DNA from: Erysipelothrix larvae
Lineage (GTDB): Bacteria > Bacillota_I > Bacilli_A > Erysipelotrichales > Erysipelotrichaceae
Assembly: GCF_001545095.1 (NCBI RefSeq)
Contig: NZ_CP013213.1
Location: forward strand, 930,001 to 962,000
Direction: 5' to 3'
DNA length: 32,000 nucleotides
Of the stretch, positions 27,718 through 32,000 are shown piece after piece (the first letter of the stretch is position 1; every line of letters starts with the position of its first letter). Below the pieces are notes generated by a model, which was given only the letters and a program-made list of their open reading frames with translations, was not told the DNA's origin and did not search any database. The position numbers were made by a program, and so were the translations under genes.

Positions 27718-27796
27718 CCCCAAACTTCTTTAAAGACAGAGGCTAGAGCAAGATTACCTCACCCCAAGAAATAGTGTTGCGAGTGAAAACCCCAAG
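27718..27796. repeat. Right subterminal motif array (CCCCAA[A/G] x3)
   Basis: CCCCAAA at 27718-27724, CCCCAAG at 27762-27768 and 27790-27796. An oppositely oriented CTTGGGG lies at 27580-27586. Confidence 0.7.
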
Positions 27797-27811
27797 TAAA
27801 GTTTAATATCC

Positions 27812-27819
27812 GATATAAA
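27812..27819. repeat. Target-site duplication (right copy) GATATAAA
   Basis: Identical to 25279-25286. Confidence 0.75.
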
Positions 27820-27840
27820 AAAGCGCAGATGCGCTTTTTG
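27816..27840. terminator. Bidirectional terminator (proS; formerly shared with the 128-aa ORF)
   Basis: AAAAAAGCGC-AGAT-GCGCTTTTT: a GC stem flanked by A and T runs, 1 nt after the proS stop. Confidence 0.8.
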
Positions 27841-27841
27841 T

Positions 27842-29527
27842 TTACAAACTCTTAATTTTGCTTACTATATCTTCGAGTTTCACAATTGTTGGTTCTTGCT
27901 CTTTACGTGATTTAAACTCAACTTCGCCAGAATCAAGCCCACGTCCTAATGTGATTCGGTAGGGTACACCAATAAGGTCCATATCGTTGAATTTAACACC
28001 TGGTCGTTGTTGTCTGTCATCAAGTAACACTTCAATGCCTTGAGCACATAATGTGTCATATAACTCGTTTGCGATTCTTACATGGTCTTCGTTTTTTGCG
28101 TTAATAAGTACGAGTGCTACTTTGAATGGTGCAATAACATCTGGCCAAACAATGCCTTTGTCATCATTGTTTTGTTCAACAACTGCCGCAATTGTACGAC
28201 CAATTCCAATGCCATAGGATCCCATATAAACATCTTGAAGTGTTTGATTTTGATCTAGGTAATCAAGCCCCATTGCTTTTGAATATTTAACACCAAGTTT
28301 AAAGGTATTTCCAACTTCAATTCCTTTGGAGAAACTAAGGACGCCCGTTCCATCGGGGTTTGGGTCACCTTCTTTAACATTTGATACATCCGCAATATGT
28401 GTTGGAGTAAACTCTGTATGATTTGCATTAATATAGTGGTAATCACTTTCGTTTGCACCACATATATAGTTGCGTAAGCCTTCAATATGCTTGTCTAAGA
28501 CAATGTCAATGCCTTCTAAACCTATTGGTCCTGCAAATCCAACGCGGGCACCGGTTACTGCTTGCACTTGATTGAAGTCGGCAAGCTCAACATTCACCGC
28601 TTCATACAATTTGCGAAGTTTGGTTTCGTTCACATCGCGATCTCCAAGTACGCATACCGCAACAAGTTTATCATCAACACTATAAATTAAAGTCTTTACA
28701 AAGCGTGAGACATCTTGATTCAAGAAAGCAGATACTTCTTCAATTGTTTTCGCATCAGGAGTATGCACCTTTTCACGTTTTAAGAGTGGTTCATCACTCA
28801 CAATACGTGCGCAGTTTTCTGCGATTTCTAAGTTGCTTGCATAGCCTGTGTCTTCACCTAAAACCAAGGTATCTTCACCAATGTTTGTGATTGCTTGGAA
28901 TTCTTCAGATAGAAGACCACCCATAATACCTGTATCAGCACGTACAATTCGATAATTTAAGCCAACAGTATCAAACACTTTCTTATAAGCATTAAACATT
29001 TTATCATAAGCCTTATCCGATGAAGACAGGTCAACATCAAAGGTATAAGCGTCTTTCATCACAAATTCACGTACACGAATCAGCCCAAAACGAGGACGGG
29101 CTTCATCACGGAATTTTGTTTGGATTTGATAAAGACTTACAGGCATGTCTTTATAAGAACGAACCATCATCTTTGCAGCTTGAGCAAAGAGTTCTTCATG
29201 AGTAGGTCCTAATACAAAGGGTTTTTGATAGCGATCTTTAAGGGTAAACATGCTTGTACCAATAATGTCACGTCTTCCAGATGCGATATAAACATCTTCT
29301 GGAATCAATGTTGGCATACTGACCTCTTGAGATCCAATTTCATTCATTGCATTACGTACGATTGCTTCAACTTTTTGTTTTACACGAAGTCCAAGCGGTA
29401 AAAACATATATACACCTGATGAACTTTTCTTAACAAATCCACCACGCACTAAAAGATTTCCACTTACGGAATCTTCATCTTTAACATCTTCTCTTAATGT
29501 ATAAAAGTAACTTTCACTGAGTTTCAT
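27842..29527 (-). CDS. proS: Proline--tRNA ligase (bacterial type with INS editing domain)
   Basis: 561 aa. Class II motifs include LGPTHEE, FRDEARPRFGLIRVREF and GSYGIGIGR. An inserted editing domain lies between motifs 2 and 3. Confidence 0.95.
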   Translation of the reverse strand: MKLSESYFYTLREDVKDEDSVSGNLLVRGGFVKKSSSGVYMFLPLGLRVKQKVEAIVRNAMNEIGSQEVSMPTLIPEDVYIASGRRDIIGTSMFTLKDRYQKPFVLGPTHEELFAQAAKMMVRSYKDMPVSLYQIQTKFRDEARPRFGLIRVREFVMKDAYTFDVDLSSSDKAYDKMFNAYKKVFDTVGLNYRIVRADTGIMGGLLSEEFQAITNIGEDTLVLGEDTGYASNLEIAENCARIVSDEPLLKREKVHTPDAKTIEEVSAFLNQDVSRFVKTLIYSVDDKLVAVCVLGDRDVNETKLRKLYEAVNVELADFNQVQAVTGARVGFAGPIGLEGIDIVLDKHIEGLRNYICGANESDYHYINANHTEFTPTHIADVSNVKEGDPNPDGTGVLSFSKGIEVGNTFKLGVKYSKAMGLDYLDQNQTLQDVYMGSYGIGIGRTIAAVVEQNNDDKGIVWPDVIAPFKVALVLINAKNEDHVRIANELYDTLCAQGIEVLLDDRQQRPGVKFNDMDLIGVPYRITLGRGLDSGEVEFKSRKEQEPTIVKLEDIVSKIKSL

Positions 29528-29604
29528 AATCCACCTCTATTTAACTCATATAGTATACCATAATTCACACAATTTAAGTGATAATAATCCGTGATGTTTT
29601 GTGT

Positions 29605-29633
29605 TTGTACCTGTCGACCAATCGTGTTATAAT
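29605..29633 (+). promoter_or_regulatory. Orphan sigma-A-type promoter pointing away from proS
   Basis: TTGTAC (29605-29610), 17-nt spacer, TATAAT (29628-29633), with TG at 29625-29626. Confidence 0.5.
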
Positions 29634-29639
29634 GAAATT

Positions 29640-29866
29640 GCCCAAAAGGAAACAAATATATTTCCGACACTTTGATATAAGGGAATCTGGAGTTTCTAGG
29701 AGGTGTGAGTCTTACTTTTTTGTTTAGAATCCCAAACCTAGAACAGGACACCCACCTGTATAAACAGGGAATAAATATCAACCTTTTGGGTTCAGAGTTT
29801 TTAAAACCACCGCTCAGTGGAAAAGCGAATTGATAACGCAAATCTGTGTGCTCAATTCGCTTTTTA
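29640..29866 (+). ncRNA. Candidate structured sRNA (about 225 nt), family unknown; strand assignment tentative
   Basis: The unit is bounded by the promoter above and the terminator at 29821-29866. Long-range pairs: CCCAAAAGG (29641-49)/CCTTTTGGG (29782-90), TTGATAT (29672-78)/ATATCAA (29775-81) and TTCTAGG (29694-700)/CCTAGAA (29737-43). Local hairpins: GGAAA..TTTCC and CCTGT..ACAGG. There is no credible ORF. Confidence 0.3.
29821..29866. terminator. Bidirectional intrinsic terminator in the proS-yneF intergenic region
   Basis: An 11-bp perfect stem, AAGCGAATTGA (29823-33)/TCAATTCGCTT (29852-62). A4 lies upstream and T5 downstream. Confidence 0.7.
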
Positions 29867-30005
29867 GTTCCTTCGAATTTGACAAGAGGCTTAATTTGTA
29901 GATACATATATCAAGATTTATGATAGAATATTGGAGGATAATCTGACTAATTCTCGCATATTATGACTTCCTTTTAGTTATTTTAATGTGAATATGTGAT
30001 TATTA

Positions 30006-30034
30006 TTGCGTTTATGCAGTAAACAGTTTAAAAT
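30006..30034 (+). promoter_or_regulatory. Sigma-A-type promoter for yneF
   Basis: TTGCGT (30006-30011), 17-nt spacer, TAAAAT (30029-30034). Confidence 0.55.
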
Positions 30035-30059
30035 AGTTAGTATCGAGGAAGGTGAATTT

Positions 30060-30284
30060 ATGTTATTAGTAGCTACAAGTTTATGGTCAACATTCTGGAC
30101 ATTTATTGGTGGAATGGCCGTAGGTGCTGTGATTGCGTTTTTTGTAACAAAGCATATGTTTGAAAAACAAATAAAGGAAAACCCACCAATCAATGAAAAA
30201 ATGATTCGTGCGATGTATATGCAAATGGGACGTAAACCGTCTGAAGCTCAAATTCGTGCAATTATGAAGTCGATGGGGCAATAA
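30060..30284 (+). CDS. yneF: UPF0154 family small membrane protein (YneF-like)
   Basis: The ATG at 30060 follows GAGGAAGGTG. One TM segment, then KENPPINEKMIRAMYMQMGRKPSEAQIRAIMKSM, the hallmark YneF C-terminus. The track start 30006 lies in the promoter. Confidence 0.85.
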   Translation: MLLVATSLWSTFWTFIGGMAVGAVIAFFVTKHMFEKQIKENPPINEKMIRAMYMQMGRKPSEAQIRAIMKSMGQ

Positions 30285-30309
30285 AAACACAGTTCGACCT
30301 GTGTTTTTT
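30285..30309 (+). terminator. Intrinsic terminator after yneF
   Basis: AAACACAG (30285-30292) pairs with CTGTGTTT (30299-30306), followed by TTT. Confidence 0.85.
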
Positions 30310-30319
30310 AATTATTTAG

Positions 30320-31033
30320 ATGAAAAAGTTCTTAAAACGTGTCCTCGTATGGACCTTAATTGTCACATTGGTTGTTTCCACGGTACTGATCTTTCTTGGA
30401 CTTCAAGATTATAAGCGTGTCGTAGCCCAACGACCAATTGAAACCTATGTTGCGCAAATCCAAGCTGAACCCGGGTTTGTAAGCTTAGATGAGGTGTCAG
30501 AGATGTTTGTAGATGCAGTTGTGGCAGTGGAGGACAGTCGCTTTTGGACACGTAACTCAGTGTTAGACATAAGAGCCATAGGGCGTGCTACCTACGTGAA
30601 TCTCACAAATCTTAATTTCTTAGAAGGTGCATCTACAATTCCTCAACAAGTGGCTAAAAATATGTATTTCGATGAAGAAGTAAGTGTGATTCGTAAAATC
30701 TCTGAGTTTTTTGTCGCCAGACACTTAGATAATCTATATACTCGCGCGGAAATATTAGAACTTTATATAAATAAAATATATTATGGTGCAAATGCCTATG
30801 GTATCAGTGAGGCCAGCTTGATCTATTTTGATACAACACCACTTAACCTTACGGATGCTCAAGCAACGATGCTTGCTGGACTACCACAAGCACCATCATC
30901 CTTTAATCCATTTCTCTTTTATGAGTCTGCAAAAGCACGACAACGCATCGTAATTAATCGACTCATTTCAAATGGATTTATAACAGAAGAATTTGGAGAA
31001 GAAATTTATCAAATGGAGGTTTTTAATGACTAA
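30320..31033 (+). CDS. Monofunctional peptidoglycan glycosyltransferase (GT51)
   Basis: 237 aa with an N-terminal TM anchor. GT51 motifs EDSRFWTR, GASTIPQQVAKN and RKISEFFVARHLD. No transpeptidase domain. Confidence 0.88.
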   Translation: MKKFLKRVLVWTLIVTLVVSTVLIFLGLQDYKRVVAQRPIETYVAQIQAEPGFVSLDEVSEMFVDAVVAVEDSRFWTRNSVLDIRAIGRATYVNLTNLNFLEGASTIPQQVAKNMYFDEEVSVIRKISEFFVARHLDNLYTRAEILELYINKIYYGANAYGISEASLIYFDTTPLNLTDAQATMLAGLPQAPSSFNPFLFYESAKARQRIVINRLISNGFITEEFGEEIYQMEVFND

Positions 31034-32000
31034 GATGAGAATGATCAGCGGGATCAAACCAACCGGAAAATTGCATTTGGGGAATTATATTGGTGCACTT
31101 CGCAATTTTGTTGCGATGCAAGATGAATATGAGATGATTGTGTTCATCGCGAACCTACACTGTATTACCTTGCCCATCGATCCAGAAGAACTCAAAGGAT
31201 ACTTAAAAGATCAGGTGCTCTTTTATTTAGCCTGTGGACTCGATCCACAAAAATCCACCATTTTCTTGCAAAGTGATGTGATGGAACATGCTCAATTGGG
31301 GTATATATTATCGTGTCTTACATCAATGGGCGAACTAAACCGACAAACTCAATTCAAAGATAAAAAAGACTCGGGTCAAACGCTAACGGCGGGGTTTTAT
31401 ACCTATCCAGCATTAATGGCATCTGATATCTTAATTCATAAAGTAGATGGGGTTCCTGTAGGGGAAGACCAAAAACAACATGTTGAACTTGCACGGGATT
31501 TAGCGCAACGATTCAACCAACGCTTTGGGGGTGAAACGTTGATTGTCCCTGAAGTTGTGATGCCAAAAGTAGGCAAACGCATTATGTCACTTCAAGATCC
31601 TACAAAGAAGATGAGTAAATCCGATCATTTTGGTGAAAAGGGTGTAATTTATCTCAGTGATGACTTGAAAACAGCACGCAAGAAGATTATGAGCGCAGTG
31701 ACAGACAGTGATATGCTTGTGAAATACGATGTTGAAAATAAACCCGGAGTATCAAATCTCTTGTCAATATATGCAGCACTTAAAAACGTGTCCATTCAAG
31801 ATGCCGAAGCCGAGTTTGAAGGGTGTCAATATGGAACCTTTAAGAAAGCTGTCGCAGATGTGGTTGTGTCAGAATTAGAAATGATTCAAAATCGCTACAA
31901 CGAAATTAAGGACAGCGGCATCGTTGAAGAAGTCTTAGCACACGGTGCAAGCAAAGTGCGTGTTCAAGCACAAAGTACCCTTAAAGAAGTTCAACAAAAA
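31026..32000 (+). CDS. trpS: Tryptophan--tRNA ligase (3' end beyond the window)
   Basis: The ATG at 31026 lies 6 nt after GGAGGT. N-terminus ISGIKPTGKLHLGNYIGA (HIGH-type) and KMSKSD at about 31608, in frame. Open to the window edge. Overlaps the GT51 stop by 8 nt. Confidence 0.9.
   Translation, partial: MTKMRMISGIKPTGKLHLGNYIGALRNFVAMQDEYEMIVFIANLHCITLPIDPEELKGYLKDQVLFYLACGLDPQKSTIFLQSDVMEHAQLGYILSCLTSMGELNRQTQFKDKKDSGQTLTAGFYTYPALMASDILIHKVDGVPVGEDQKQHVELARDLAQRFNQRFGGETLIVPEVVMPKVGKRIMSLQDPTKKMSKSDHFGEKGVIYLSDDLKTARKKIMSAVTDSDMLVKYDVENKPGVSNLLSIYAALKNVSIQDAEAEFEGCQYGTFKKAVADVVVSELEMIQNRYNEIKDSGIVEEVLAHGASKVRVQAQSTLKEVQQK

Larger units (their letters stand above)
25287..27811 (-). mobile_element. 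ISL3-family insertion sequence, 2525 bp, two ORFs
   Basis: Flanked by the 8-bp direct repeat GATATAAA. Both termini start GG and carry ACTTGGGG at identical offset (nt 15-22); 13/22 terminal positions match in inverted orientation. It contains an ISL3-type DDE transposase. Confidence 0.85.

Noticed and set aside
25272-27796. CTTGGGG repeats as a CRISPR-like array
   Set aside because: The units are only 7-10 nt, irregularly spaced and occur in both orientations. They are split between the two ends of an IS element. No cas genes are present.
1221-29205. Numerous 60-126-aa track ORFs antisense to gpmI, murF, ddl, ponA, recU, rodZ, pgsA, recA, the regulator, ABC genes, ptsI, HD, transposase and proS
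   Set aside because: All are embedded in well-supported genes on the opposite strand or in another frame. They lack SD sequences and have biased, low-complexity compositions.
29524-29907. 127-aa minus-strand ORF ending in an ATGA overlap with the proS start
   Set aside because: There is no SD before its ATG. Its composition is basic and aromatic and looks random. It runs straight through the bidirectional terminator and the other strong hairpins of the intergenic region, so it is most likely a chance ORF.
29528-29960. T-box leader (or other known riboswitch) controlling proS on the minus strand
   Set aside because: There is no AGAGA/AGUA stem I elements and no good match to the T-box sequence (AGGTGGGTGTCC is only loosely like GGGUGGUACC). 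No terminator/antiterminator pair with a U tract lies next to the SD. The CTGAG...CTGAACCC stretch lacks the rest of the TPP motif.
30006-30059. Upstream extension of yneF, and the minus-strand ORFs 29978..30193 and 30087..30290
   Set aside because: The extension covers the yneF promoter. The ATG at 30060 has the SD and gives the canonical UPF0154 protein. The antisense ORFs have no support.

Overview
Low-GC Bacillota-type chromosomal window (UGA is a stop codon; RecU, GpsB, RodZ and a type-B RNase P RNA are present). It is mostly core housekeeping with Bacillus-like synteny. Gene order: EIIA(Glc-family), gpmI, a nucleoid-associated-like protein, ypmB-like, dnaD, nth, murF, ddl, then ponA and recU on the minus strand. 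Next come gpsB, rnpB, rodZ, pgsA and recA; a HisKA_3 kinase, a LuxR-type regulator and an ABC-2 exporter; and a second ABC pair whose permease is frameshifted. The window ends with tRNA-Ser(CGA), an orphan ptsI, an HD hydrolase, a small 4-Cys ORF, an inserted IS element, proS (minus), yneF, a monofunctional GT51 transglycosylase and trpS (runs off the window). I found no CRISPR array, prophage or recognisable defence island. The only clearly accessory DNA is a 2525-bp two-gene ISL3-family element (25287..27811). It has an 8-bp target duplication, arrays of a CTTGGGG subterminal motif and an inward-facing terminator near each end. It sits exactly between a stop codon and a shared bidirectional terminator. 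The other unexplained signals are: (1) an orphan promoter-to-terminator unit with multi-stem structure between proS and yneF, a candidate sRNA of about 225 nt that I cannot assign to a family; (2) an endonuclease III homologue with no cysteines, so no [4Fe-4S] ligands; (3) a paired palindromic operator candidate between the response regulator and its ABC operon; (4) a long repeat-rich region upstream of a ptsI gene with no adjacent ptsH. All calls come from reading the sequence and from remembered family motifs; no database search was run.
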